Source of the DNA: an uncultured Bacilli bacterium
GTDB taxonomy: Bacteria > Bacillota_I > Bacilli_A > RF39 > UBA660
Direction: 5' to 3'
NCBI GenBank assembly: GCA_947588925.1
Contig: CANQAT010000003.1
Span: 1 to 45,795, forward strand
DNA: 45,795 nucleotides
This document shows, one piece after another, positions 29,021-38,190 of this stretch. The position numbers and the translations under genes are program-made. Numbering within the stretch: position 1 is the stretch's first letter; every line of letters starts with the position of its first letter. The notes below the pieces were generated by a model. The model had not been told where the DNA came from and searched no databases. It was given only the letters and a program-made list of their open reading frames with translations.

Positions 29021-29404
29021 ATGAAGAAAAATTTATTTGTTTTAACAGTTATACTTTTTTCAGGTTTATTAATTGGGTGTTCTAGCAAAACATACAATAT
29101 AGACTTGCCAGATAAAAGTGATATAGAAAGCATTACAGTTTTAAATGATGGTATATTAAAAGATATAAGTGAAAATGAATTTGAAACTATATTTGATATA
29201 TTAAAAAATAAAGAAACAAAAGAGGATAGTATTCAAGATGGACCTGTAGGTGTGTCTAATTATATTACTTTAACGCTCCATACAGAAAGTAAAAAATATA
29301 CAGTATATGTATATGAAAAAGGGAGTAAATATTATATAGAACAACCTTATAATGGTATTTATAAAATATCAAGTGATGAATACGATATACTTAAACAAGT
29401 ATAA
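29021..29404 (+). CDS. Lipoprotein, DUF5301-like
   Basis: Lipobox LIGC; YYIEQPYNGIYKIS motif. Confidence 0.65.
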   Translation: MKKNLFVLTVILFSGLLIGCSSKTYNIDLPDKSDIESITVLNDGILKDISENEFETIFDILKNKETKEDSIQDGPVGVSNYITLTLHTESKKYTVYVYEKGSKYYIEQPYNGIYKISSDEYDILKQV

Positions 29405-29423
29405 GATGTTTAAATTAGTTTGC

Positions 29424-29475
29424 GCAACTAAAAAGATAGATAGGTCAACTAAAATTATTCTATTTGCAACTAAAA
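29424..29475 (+). promoter_or_regulatory. Three 9-bp direct repeats at a 21-bp period (LytTR-like operator)
   Basis: CAACTAAAA at 29425, 29446 and 29467. Confidence 0.6.
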
Positions 29476-29530
29476 CTATGTATATTTTAAATAAAAAATG
29501 TAGTAAACTTAAATCGTTAAGGAGGATTTT

Positions 29531-32122
29531 ATGATAGAACTTAAAAATGTATGTAAGACATACAAATCAAAAAAGGGAAGTAAGACAAAAGCACTCAATA
29601 ATATATCTTTAAAGTTTGATGAAAAAGGTATGACTTTTATACTTGGTAAAAGTGGAAGTGGTAAGTCCACACTTTTAAACATACTTGGAGGACTTGATAA
29701 ATACGATAGTGGAGATATGCTAATACTAGGTAAGAGTAGTAAGGACTTTAATGCTTCTTTATTTGACTCATATAGAAATACCTATGTTGGATTTGTATTT
29801 CAAGAGTTTAATATATTAGAAGACTATAACGTATACGAAAATATCGTTTTAGCCTTACAGTTACAACAAAAGGATATAGATAAAGAAAAAATAGATAACT
29901 TACTTGATAAATTAGAGCTAAGTGATTTAAAAACTAGAAAAGTTAACGAACTATCAGGTGGACAAAAACAAAGAGTCGCAATCGCACGCGCACTAATAAA
30001 AGACCCTAAAATAATACTTGCAGATGAACCAACTGGAAATCTCGATAGTAAAACAGGTAAACAAGTTATGGACTTACTAAAAGAAATAAGTAAAGAAAAA
30101 CTTGTAATTATAGTTTCACACGATACAGAATCCGCTGATAAATATGGTGATAGAATAATTGAAATTAAAGATGGTAGCGTTATAAAAGATACAAAAGAGT
30201 GTGTAACTAAAGGTGATAAAGATACCTATAAACCTATTAAATCAAAACTACCATTTAAAGATAGTTTTAAACTTGGAATAGGTAGTTTAAGACATAAAAA
30301 AATTAAATTAGTATTTACAATATTACTTACAATAGGCACTTTACTATTTTTAAGTATTATGGATACATTGTCAAATTATAATGTAGAAGAAGCTCATTCA
30401 AAACTATTAGTAGATAAAAAAGAAGAATCTATAAAAATAGAAAAGTATTATTTCTTTAATAAAAAGTATGATAAATATGACTTTTATAATAAAGACCAAG
30501 TTAAATTAACTATAGAAGATGAAAAATATATAAATTCAAAACTTAAAAATAAGTATTATCCTATATATAAATTACAGGAGTCATACTCATTTATGCAAAT
30601 TGGTGAGGCATTAAAGATAGGAGATATCGCCCACAATAGTTTTTATTTAGAAATGGGTGCGTACCGAACTTTAAATATAGTAGTTGTAGATAATTTTAAC
30701 GATTTTACAAAAGAAAAAATAATAGGAAGATATCCTAGTAATTATAATGAAATATTAATTCCAAATTATATGGCTGATTTAATTATTGAGGGTGGTATTA
30801 CAACTTATGAGAAAAACGATGTAGATGAGTTTAGTGATGATTATACATTTAAGCCTAAAGATTATGAAGATATAATAAATAGTAATAAAACATTCTATTT
30901 TGGAAGTAAAGGTAAAGTAAAAATAGTTGGAATAATAGATTATGATTTATCTAAATATAATTCATTAAAAAATAAAGAATATGATTATGGTGCTATGACT
31001 GATGAGCAATATGATTTACTTGATGAACTTATTTTAAAAGAAAAAAATTTATATAATAATGTCTATGTAACTAATGGATTTATAGAAAAACTAGATGTTG
31101 CTAATATAGAAGAGTTAGATGAAAATACTGTTTTCTTTAATTTAGATAGTGATAGTATAGATTTACAAAGAGAGGGTTATTATATAGCCCCAGCAATACT
31201 TCAAAATGAATTAGAGTATTATGATGGAACTAAGTGGGTAAAAACTAAAAAGTTAAATAAAAACGATGTTATTATAAATATATATCAATTAATGCAAGGC
31301 TCTTCACAAGACTACGAAAAAGGATTAGAAAAGTATATTTCAAATAATCCAGATGTAGATGTAGAAACACTAGAGAAAAGATACTTTGTTAATTACATAA
31401 AAGATTTTGATGTAATCGGTAAAAAAGTAAATCTAAAAGTTAAAAATAGAATTGATGAAGTCGTTAACGATTATAAAGATTTAAACATTATTGGTATTAC
31501 AGGATTTAGTGATACTCAAAGTAGAAATTATTATTTATCTAATGATTTAGTTGGCGAATATAAAATAGAAGTAATACAAAAAACTGGTTATCTTGTACCA
31601 ATGTCAGATTATAAAGACTTTAAATATATGTTAACTACATTCCCTTATAATAGTGAAATACAAGCAGTCACACCTTATAGTGAAGAAGTTACAATGCTTG
31701 TAAGGACTATAGATATATTAAAAGATATAGCATTCTATGTAAGTTTAGTATTATTTATATTTACAGTATTTTTGATAGGTAACTTTATTATGACAAGTAT
31801 TCACTACCGTAAAAAGGAGATTGGAGTTTTAAGGGCACTTGGAGCAAGAAGTTTTGATATTGTTAAGATATTCTTATGGGAAGGTATTGTAATGTCATTC
31901 ATATCAGCTACTATTGCATCAATATTACTTGTTTTAGTAACTAATTTACTAAATAATGTAATTATGGCAGGTACAAATTTGATACTAACACCTTTTATAC
32001 TTAATATAAGACAGTTTGTATTAATATATTTAGTTGTATTTATAGTAACTATTATATCAAGTATTATACCGATAATTAAGATATCTAAAATGAAACCAAT
32101 AGACGCTATATTAAATAAATAG
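29531..32122 (+). CDS. MacB/FtsX-like ABC transporter fusion (copy 3, divergent)
   Basis: Walker A/B, LSGGQ, IGVLRALGA, and the C-terminal KPIDAILNK shared with copies 1 and 2. Confidence 0.92.
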   Translation: MIELKNVCKTYKSKKGSKTKALNNISLKFDEKGMTFILGKSGSGKSTLLNILGGLDKYDSGDMLILGKSSKDFNASLFDSYRNTYVGFVFQEFNILEDYNVYENIVLALQLQQKDIDKEKIDNLLDKLELSDLKTRKVNELSGGQKQRVAIARALIKDPKIILADEPTGNLDSKTGKQVMDLLKEISKEKLVIIVSHDTESADKYGDRIIEIKDGSVIKDTKECVTKGDKDTYKPIKSKLPFKDSFKLGIGSLRHKKIKLVFTILLTIGTLLFLSIMDTLSNYNVEEAHSKLLVDKKEESIKIEKYYFFNKKYDKYDFYNKDQVKLTIEDEKYINSKLKNKYYPIYKLQESYSFMQIGEALKIGDIAHNSFYLEMGAYRTLNIVVVDNFNDFTKEKIIGRYPSNYNEILIPNYMADLIIEGGITTYEKNDVDEFSDDYTFKPKDYEDIINSNKTFYFGSKGKVKIVGIIDYDLSKYNSLKNKEYDYGAMTDEQYDLLDELILKEKNLYNNVYVTNGFIEKLDVANIEELDENTVFFNLDSDSIDLQREGYYIAPAILQNELEYYDGTKWVKTKKLNKNDVIINIYQLMQGSSQDYEKGLEKYISNNPDVDVETLEKRYFVNYIKDFDVIGKKVNLKVKNRIDEVVNDYKDLNIIGITGFSDTQSRNYYLSNDLVGEYKIEVIQKTGYLVPMSDYKDFKYMLTTFPYNSEIQAVTPYSEEVTMLVRTIDILKDIAFYVSLVLFIFTVFLIGNFIMTSIHYRKKEIGVLRALGARSFDIVKIFLWEGIVMSFISATIASILLVLVTNLLNNVIMAGTNLILTPFILNIRQFVLIYLVVFIVTIISSIIPIIKISKMKPIDAILNK

Positions 32123-32146
32123 TATATAAATAAAATGGGTTAAGTT

Positions 32147-32184
32147 AAAAATGTAAAAATTTTGCACTATTTTTACATTTTTTT
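32147..32184. terminator. Bidirectional terminator
   Basis: AAAAATGTAAAAAT...ATTTTTACATTTTT inverted repeat between convergent genes. Confidence 0.6.
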
Positions 32185-32203
32185 GAATAAAAAAAGAGTA
32201 ATT

Positions 32204-32467
32204 TTACTCCATTGAATTAACTTTTTTACTTAATCTTGATTTGTTTCTAGCTCCAGTTTTTTTAGAAGTTACTCCTTTACTAGACGCTTTATCTATAGCT
32301 TTAATAGCTACTTTTAATTTATTGTTTGCGCTTTCTTTATCTTTTGCTGCAACAGCTCTTTCTACGTTTTTAATAGCAGTTTTCATACTAGCTGCAAATT
32401 CGTTATTAACTTTTTCTTTCTTTTCATTAACTAAAACTCTTTTTTTAGCATTTTTTAAATTTGGCAT
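32204..32467 (-). CDS. rpsT: 30S ribosomal protein S20
   Basis: MPNLKNAKKRV...IDKASSKGV...ARNKSRL. GGAGG RBS. Divergent from gpr, as in Bacillus. Confidence 0.95.
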   Translation of the reverse strand: MPNLKNAKKRVLVNEKKEKVNNEFAASMKTAIKNVERAVAAKDKESANNKLKVAIKAIDKASSKGVTSKKTGARNKSRLSKKVNSME

Positions 32468-32565
32468 AAGTTCACCTCCAAGCCACATATACCCATATTT
32501 TAGCAAAAATTATAAAAAAATGCAATAAAATAAATAAAATTGTTAAAAATAATATTGGTGATTTT

Positions 32566-33585
32566 ATGAATAAAGAAGTAGATCTTAGCAAATATCAAAT
32601 AAGGACTGACCTTGCAATAGATTACGTGAATGAAAATAAAGAGTTAAAGGGAGTTAAATATAAAACTGAAGTAGTAAATGGAATTAAAGTTACAAATGTT
32701 GAACTTGAATTAGAAAATGAACTATCTAAAAAGAAAGGCAAATATATTACTTTAGAATTTGAAGATGTAACTGATTATAAAAATAGAGATAATATTATTA
32801 GTACTTTGACATTTGTATTAAAAAAATTAATTAAACCTAAGAAAAACTCTTTTGGATTAATAGTAGGGCTAGGAAATGATTCTTCTACTCCTGATTCGCT
32901 TGGCCCACTCGTTGTAAAAGATATAATAGTTACTAATCATCTTTATTTATTGAATGAACTTAGTAGTGGTTACAAAAGACTTGCCGCAATATCTCCAGGA
33001 GTTATGGGTGAAACTGGTATTGAAACCAGTGATATAATAGAGGCAATAGTAAAAAAAGTAAAACCTAGTTATTTAATCGCAGTAGATTCACTTGCAAGTA
33101 AATCTATAGAAAGACTTAACAAAACTATTCAAATAACTGATACTGGAATTCATCCGGGAAGTGGAGTCGATAACAAAAGAAAAGAATTAAGCTTTGAGTC
33201 ACTAGGTATACCAGTTATTGCTATTGGAGTTCCAACAGTTGTAGATGCATCTATTATAGTTTCAGATACTATTAACTTTATATATAAAAATTATGCATTT
33301 AATAAAGAATATATGAAAGATCCTAAGAGTAAATTTACATTTAATAATGTTAATTATCTAAGTAAAAAAATAAAAGAAAATAAATTAGATAAAGAAAAGC
33401 TATTAGGATTAGTAGGAACACTAGATGATGAAGAGTTGGAGGCACTTATATATGAAGTATTAAATCCAGTAGGCTACAATTTGATGGTAACGCCAAAAGA
33501 AATAGATTTTATTATAGAAAAATTGTCGAAAGTCATATCTATTTCTATAAATAATTCAATTCATAATATTGACAGAAATAAATAA
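32566..33585 (+). CDS. gpr: GPR endopeptidase (spore germination protease)
   Basis: IRTDLA, VGLGN..TPDSLGP, PGVMGETG, GIHPGSGV, IGVPTVVD and LMVTPKEID motifs. Confidence 0.93.
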   Translation: MNKEVDLSKYQIRTDLAIDYVNENKELKGVKYKTEVVNGIKVTNVELELENELSKKKGKYITLEFEDVTDYKNRDNIISTLTFVLKKLIKPKKNSFGLIVGLGNDSSTPDSLGPLVVKDIIVTNHLYLLNELSSGYKRLAAISPGVMGETGIETSDIIEAIVKKVKPSYLIAVDSLASKSIERLNKTIQITDTGIHPGSGVDNKRKELSFESLGIPVIAIGVPTVVDASIIVSDTINFIYKNYAFNKEYMKDPKSKFTFNNVNYLSKKIKENKLDKEKLLGLVGTLDDEELEALIYEVLNPVGYNLMVTPKEIDFIIEKLSKVISISINNSIHNIDRNK

Positions 33586-33598
33586 ATTGTGATATATT
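33569..33598 (+). promoter_or_regulatory. Promoter of pilin A
   Basis: TTGACA-18 nt-TATATT. The same layout precedes all three pilins. Confidence 0.65.
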
Positions 33599-33629
33599 TA
33601 TATCATAGGTAAAGTAAGGTGGTGAAAAA

Positions 33630-34043
33630 ATGAAAAATAAAGGTTTTACATTGATAGAATTATTAGCAGTTATCGTAATACTTGCAATCATTGCATTAAT
33701 TGCAACACCAATCATACTAGGAATTATAAATGACGCAAGAACTGAAGCAAAGAAACGTTCTGCAGAACTTGCTTATTCAGGTGTAGAGTACGCAGTAACA
33801 TCATACATGTTTGAACATAGTGGTAACGTTCCAGGAACAGTAAATGATTTAAAAGATCATTTTAGAGCAGACAATGTTACTTTTACAGTATCTGGAGATA
33901 CAGCAACAATAACAGATAAAGCAAATAATAAATTATGTACAGTAACATATGTTGCTGGAGAAAATGGTAAAGAAGCTGCATTCAAAGTAACATGCGAGGG
34001 ATTAATGGATGAAAAATTAATCACAGTAGGTACTTCAAAATAA
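33630..34043 (+). CDS. Type IV pilin, major-pilin size (copy A)
   Basis: MKNKG|FTLIELLAV signal, 137 aa, C-terminal Cys pair. Confidence 0.92.
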   Translation: MKNKGFTLIELLAVIVILAIIALIATPIILGIINDARTEAKKRSAELAYSGVEYAVTSYMFEHSGNVPGTVNDLKDHFRADNVTFTVSGDTATITDKANNKLCTVTYVAGENGKEAAFKVTCEGLMDEKLITVGTSK

Positions 34044-34106
34044 AACTCATACTTGAGTTTTTTTCTTGTTTTTAAAGTAATATTGCAACATTTCTTCGAA
34101 AAAATA

Positions 34107-34136
34107 TTGACAAAAATAGATAAAAAGTGATATATT
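34107..34136 (+). promoter_or_regulatory. Promoter of pilin B
   Basis: TTGACA-18 nt-TATATT. Confidence 0.65.
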
Positions 34137-34167
34137 TATACTGTAGGTGAGGTAAGGTGGTGAGAAA

Positions 34168-34575
34168 ATGAGAAATAAAGGTTTTACACTTATAGAATTA
34201 TTAGCAGTAATAGTAATACTTGCAATAATTGCATTAATCGCAACACCAATCATACTAGGAATTATAAATGACGCAAGAACAGAGGCAAAGAAACGTTCTG
34301 CAGAACTTGCTTATTCAGGTGTAGAGTACGCAATTACATCATATATGTTTGAACATAGTGGTAACGTTCCAGGGTCAGTAGCTGATTTAAAAGATCACTT
34401 TAAAGCAGACAATGTTACTTTTGATTCTTCAAATGGAAAAATAACAGATAAAGCAGGAACTGAATTATGTACAGTATCATATGAAAATGGAGCTGAAGGT
34501 AAACAAGCTGCTTTCAAAGTAACATGTGGAGACTTAATGGAAACAAAGCTTATTACTGTTGGAACTTCAAAATAG
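34168..34575 (+). CDS. Type IV pilin (copy B)
   Basis: Paralogue of A, with an almost identical N-terminal half. Confidence 0.92.
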   Translation: MRNKGFTLIELLAVIVILAIIALIATPIILGIINDARTEAKKRSAELAYSGVEYAITSYMFEHSGNVPGSVADLKDHFKADNVTFDSSNGKITDKAGTELCTVSYENGAEGKQAAFKVTCGDLMETKLITVGTSK

Positions 34576-34657
34576 CATCATGAATTAACTATAAAAAAAC
34601 AATACCAAAAATATAAGTAGCAAATAGCTACTTTTTTGATATTACTTTGCAAAGATA

Positions 34658-34687
34658 TTGACAAAAATAGGTAAAATGTGATAAATT
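34658..34687 (+). promoter_or_regulatory. Promoter of pilin C
   Basis: TTGACA-18 nt-TAAATT. Confidence 0.6.
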
Positions 34688-34718
34688 TATATCGTAGGTA
34701 AAGTAAGGTGGTGAAAAA

Positions 34719-35126
34719 ATGAAAAATAAAGGTTTTACACTTATAGAATTATTAGCAGTTATCGTAATACTTGCAATCATTGCATTAATCGCAACACCAA
34801 TCATATTAGGAATAATTAACGACGCAAGAACTGAAGCAAAGAAACGTTCTGCAGAATTAGCATACTCAGGAGTAGAATATGCAATTACATCATATATGTT
34901 TGAACACAGTGGTAACGTCCCAGGATCATTAGCTGATTTAAAAGATCATTTTAAAGCAGATAATGTTACTTTTGATTCTACAAATGGAGAAATAAAAGAT
35001 AAAGCAGGAACTAAACTATGTACAGTATCATATGTACAAGGCACTGAAGGTAAACAAGCTGCTTTCAAAGTAACTTGTGATAAATTGATGGATGAAAAAT
35101 TAATCACAGTAGGTACTTCAAAATAA
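34719..35126 (+). CDS. Type IV pilin (copy C)
   Basis: Paralogue that looks like a mosaic of A and B. Confidence 0.92.
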   Translation: MKNKGFTLIELLAVIVILAIIALIATPIILGIINDARTEAKKRSAELAYSGVEYAITSYMFEHSGNVPGSLADLKDHFKADNVTFDSTNGEIKDKAGTKLCTVSYVQGTEGKQAAFKVTCDKLMDEKLITVGTSK

Positions 35127-35188
35127 AACTCATACTTGAGTTTTTTTTTTCTTAATGATATAATACTTTTGTTTGAAAGGGGTGCCTT

Positions 35189-36502
35189 ATGAAAAAATCT
35201 GTAGTTGCCTTAGTAGGAAGACCAAATGTAGGAAAAAGTACATTATTTAATAAAATGGTAGGTAAAAAGATATCTATAATAGAAGATACTCCAGGGGTTA
35301 CTCGTGATAGAGTATATGGAAGTGTTAACTATAAAGATTATAAGTTTCATTTGATAGATACAGGTGGTATCGAACTTGGTAAAAGTGATTTTAATGATGA
35401 AATAAAAGTTCAAGCAATGCTTGCAATAGATGAAGCAGATATAGTAGTATTTGTAGTTGACGGCAAAGAAGGATTAACGAGTGATGACTTTTTAGTACGA
35501 GATATGCTTAAAAAAGTATCTAATAAAGTTATTGTTGCTATAAATAAATGTGATAGTAAAAAGATAAAAGAAACAGAGTATGACTTTTATGAATTGGGAT
35601 TTTCTAATATCGTTAAAGTAAGCGGTGAACAGGGAGACGGGATATACGATTTACTAGATTTAATAACTAGTAACTTCCCTAAATATGAAGAAGATATAGA
35701 TGATACAAAAGTTAGATTTTCTATTATAGGAAGACCAAATGTAGGTAAAAGCAGTTTAGTAAATGCAATACTTAATGAAGATAGAGTTATAGTATCTAAT
35801 GTGGCTGGAACAACAAGAGACGCAATAGATACTGAATTTAACTACAATAATGAAAAATATGTAGTAATAGATACAGCTGGTATGAGAAAAAAAGGAAAAG
35901 TATATGAAAATATAGAAAAATATAGTTTAATTAGAAGTTTAAAAGCAATAGACAGATCAGATGTGTGTGTTCTTGTTATTAATGCAGAAGAAGGTATAAT
36001 AGAGCACGATAAACATATAGCAGGTTACATTAAAGACGCAGGAAAACCATGTGTAATCGCTGTAAATAAATGGGATTTAATAGAAGATAAAGATAGTGCG
36101 ATAAAGAAATGGAAACAGGATATAATGGCTGACTTTTCATTTATGGATTATGCAAAAATAGTATTTTTAAGTGCGAAAACTAAAAAGAGAATTCACACTT
36201 TAATGCCAGAAGTATTAAGTGCTTATGAAAATAGTAAAAGAGAAATTAAGACAAGTCTACTTAATAGTGTTATAAACGACGCATATGAACTTAATTTGCC
36301 TCCAAGCTATAAGGGTAGAAGACTTAAGATATACTTTTCAACTCAGGTTAGAACAATGCCTCCAACATTTAATATACAAGTAAATAGCAAGGGGCTTGTA
36401 CACTTCTCATATGAAAGATATTTAGAAAACAAAATAAGAGAGTCCTTTGATTTTAGTGGTACACCCATAGTTATAAATTTTAAAAGTAAAGGTGAAGAGT
36501 AG
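35189..36502 (+). CDS. der: Ribosome biogenesis GTPase Der (EngA)
   Basis: Two GTPase domains (GRPNVGKS twice, DTGG/DTAG, NKCD/NKWD) and a KH-like tail. Confidence 0.97.
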   Translation: MKKSVVALVGRPNVGKSTLFNKMVGKKISIIEDTPGVTRDRVYGSVNYKDYKFHLIDTGGIELGKSDFNDEIKVQAMLAIDEADIVVFVVDGKEGLTSDDFLVRDMLKKVSNKVIVAINKCDSKKIKETEYDFYELGFSNIVKVSGEQGDGIYDLLDLITSNFPKYEEDIDDTKVRFSIIGRPNVGKSSLVNAILNEDRVIVSNVAGTTRDAIDTEFNYNNEKYVVIDTAGMRKKGKVYENIEKYSLIRSLKAIDRSDVCVLVINAEEGIIEHDKHIAGYIKDAGKPCVIAVNKWDLIEDKDSAIKKWKQDIMADFSFMDYAKIVFLSAKTKKRIHTLMPEVLSAYENSKREIKTSLLNSVINDAYELNLPPSYKGRRLKIYFSTQVRTMPPTFNIQVNSKGLVHFSYERYLENKIRESFDFSGTPIVINFKSKGEE

Positions 36503-36546
36503 CTTTACTTTTTTAGTTTGTGTGTTATAATTTAGTAGGTGGTAGT

Positions 36547-37836
36547 ATGGAGTTAAATAGTAAAAAAATATTAAAAATAATTAGTATATGTATAATGATA
36601 CTAATCCCTTTTTTGCAAGTGTTTGGAAGATATCTTGAAAAATACAATATAATTAATAACAGTGATTCTATTAATCCAGCAATTATATTTTATGTAGCTA
36701 CTCCAGTCTTATTATTTATATATATAAGAGATTTAATTAAAAGTAAAAGAAAACTAGATATATTTGATTATTTATTTTATATACTAACATTCGCTGGAAT
36801 AATAGCTTCTGTTTTTGCTATAGATAGCTATTTATCTATATTTGGAAAAGCATTAAGACATGAAGGCTTTCTAACAGTATTAAGCTATTATTTGTTATTT
36901 ATAAATTGGAAGAATAATGGAACTAAAAAAGAAGTATGTGATTTTATAAAATTAGTAGTCTTAATTGGAATTTTAAACTCTATATATTCAATACTTCAGA
37001 TATATACGAACTTTAGCTTTATTTTAAGATTCTCACAGGATGATACTATGGCATTTGGTTTATGTATTAATCCAAATTTCTTTGGAAGTTTAATGGTAAC
37101 AGTACTAAGTATTGTTTCTTGTTACTTTTTGATGAATAAAAACTCTTCTATAAAAGAATATTTAATTATAATATTATTATTTATAGGTCTTATAAATTCA
37201 CAATCAACAGGACCATTTTTAACTATTGTAGTAGCGCTTATATTCATATCTATATTCCTATATAAAAAGAAAAACTTAGTTTTAAGAAAATTAATTATAT
37301 TAACGTTTATTTTACTTGCAACTTATTCATCTATATATCTTTTAAATAAATATGTATATAGAATTGATAGATGTGAGATGTGCGATATAAATAAAACTAT
37401 TGAAAATGGTGGGAATGGTAGATTAAATATATGGAAAAATAGTTTAGGCGTTATAAAGGATAACTTCTTTACAGGTGTTGGATTTGATAATTTTCATTTA
37501 GCATATCCTAATCCTAAAATTGATTCAAGTATAAGTTTAACCGTTACAAATGGAGAGGTTAGCGCTTCTCCTATGAAGAGTTACTTTATTGTTGATAACG
37601 CTCATAATGTTTATTTGCACACCCTTTCTACAACTGGTATTATTGGTCTTATCCCATATCTGATGTTATGCTTATTTACATTTATTAAAGGATTAAAATC
37701 TAAAAATAAATTAATGTTTTTATTACTTAGTGGATTTGTCGCATATTCGGTTCAAGCATTTGCTAATATAAGCGTTATTGAAGTCGCTCCAATATATTAT
37801 ATAATAATCGGATTAATGTTATCTATAAAAGATTAA
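36547..37836 (+). CDS. O-antigen ligase family (Wzy_C) membrane protein
   Basis: Multiple TM segments, NPNFFG, GRLNIW, GVGFDNF and AHNVYL..TGIIG. Confidence 0.85.
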   Translation: MELNSKKILKIISICIMILIPFLQVFGRYLEKYNIINNSDSINPAIIFYVATPVLLFIYIRDLIKSKRKLDIFDYLFYILTFAGIIASVFAIDSYLSIFGKALRHEGFLTVLSYYLLFINWKNNGTKKEVCDFIKLVVLIGILNSIYSILQIYTNFSFILRFSQDDTMAFGLCINPNFFGSLMVTVLSIVSCYFLMNKNSSIKEYLIIILLFIGLINSQSTGPFLTIVVALIFISIFLYKKKNLVLRKLIILTFILLATYSSIYLLNKYVYRIDRCEMCDINKTIENGGNGRLNIWKNSLGVIKDNFFTGVGFDNFHLAYPNPKIDSSISLTVTNGEVSASPMKSYFIVDNAHNVYLHTLSTTGIIGLIPYLMLCLFTFIKGLKSKNKLMFLLLSGFVAYSVQAFANISVIEVAPIYYIIIGLMLSIKD

Positions 37837-37878
37837 CCAATTTAAGCCTCTTACATAAACTAATGTAGGAGGTTTTTC

Positions 37879-38121
37879 ATGGCTTTTTCAGATTCCTTTT
37901 TTAATAGAATAGAGAAAAAAACTAATGTTGGAAAAGATACTATAATAGAACTTGCTAAAAAATTACAACAAAACGATTTAAAAAATGAGGGAACGCTTAG
38001 AGAAGTAATACAAACATTAAGTAAAATGACAGGTAGAGATGTATCAAAAGAACAAGAAGATAAAATAATAAACGCAGTTGTTACAGATAAAGTTCCAAAA
38101 GATATCGATAAGTTAATTTAA
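37879..38121 (+). CDS. spoVIF: Stage VI sporulation protein F-like
   Basis: FFNRIEKKTNV...DLKNEGTLREVI...VSKEQEDKII.A pattern of the SpoVIF family. Confidence 0.8.
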   Translation: MAFSDSFFNRIEKKTNVGKDTIIELAKKLQQNDLKNEGTLREVIQTLSKMTGRDVSKEQEDKIINAVVTDKVPKDIDKLI

Positions 38122-38190
38122 TTAACTTTTTTCTTTTTAAATAAACTTGTTTTAGTATATAAAATATTATATAATTAAACTGGTGAGACT

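Noticed and set aside
29352-29534. 60-aa ORF before ABC copy 3
   Set aside because: It overlaps the upstream gene, and its ATK/STK repeats simply translate the 21-bp operator repeats.
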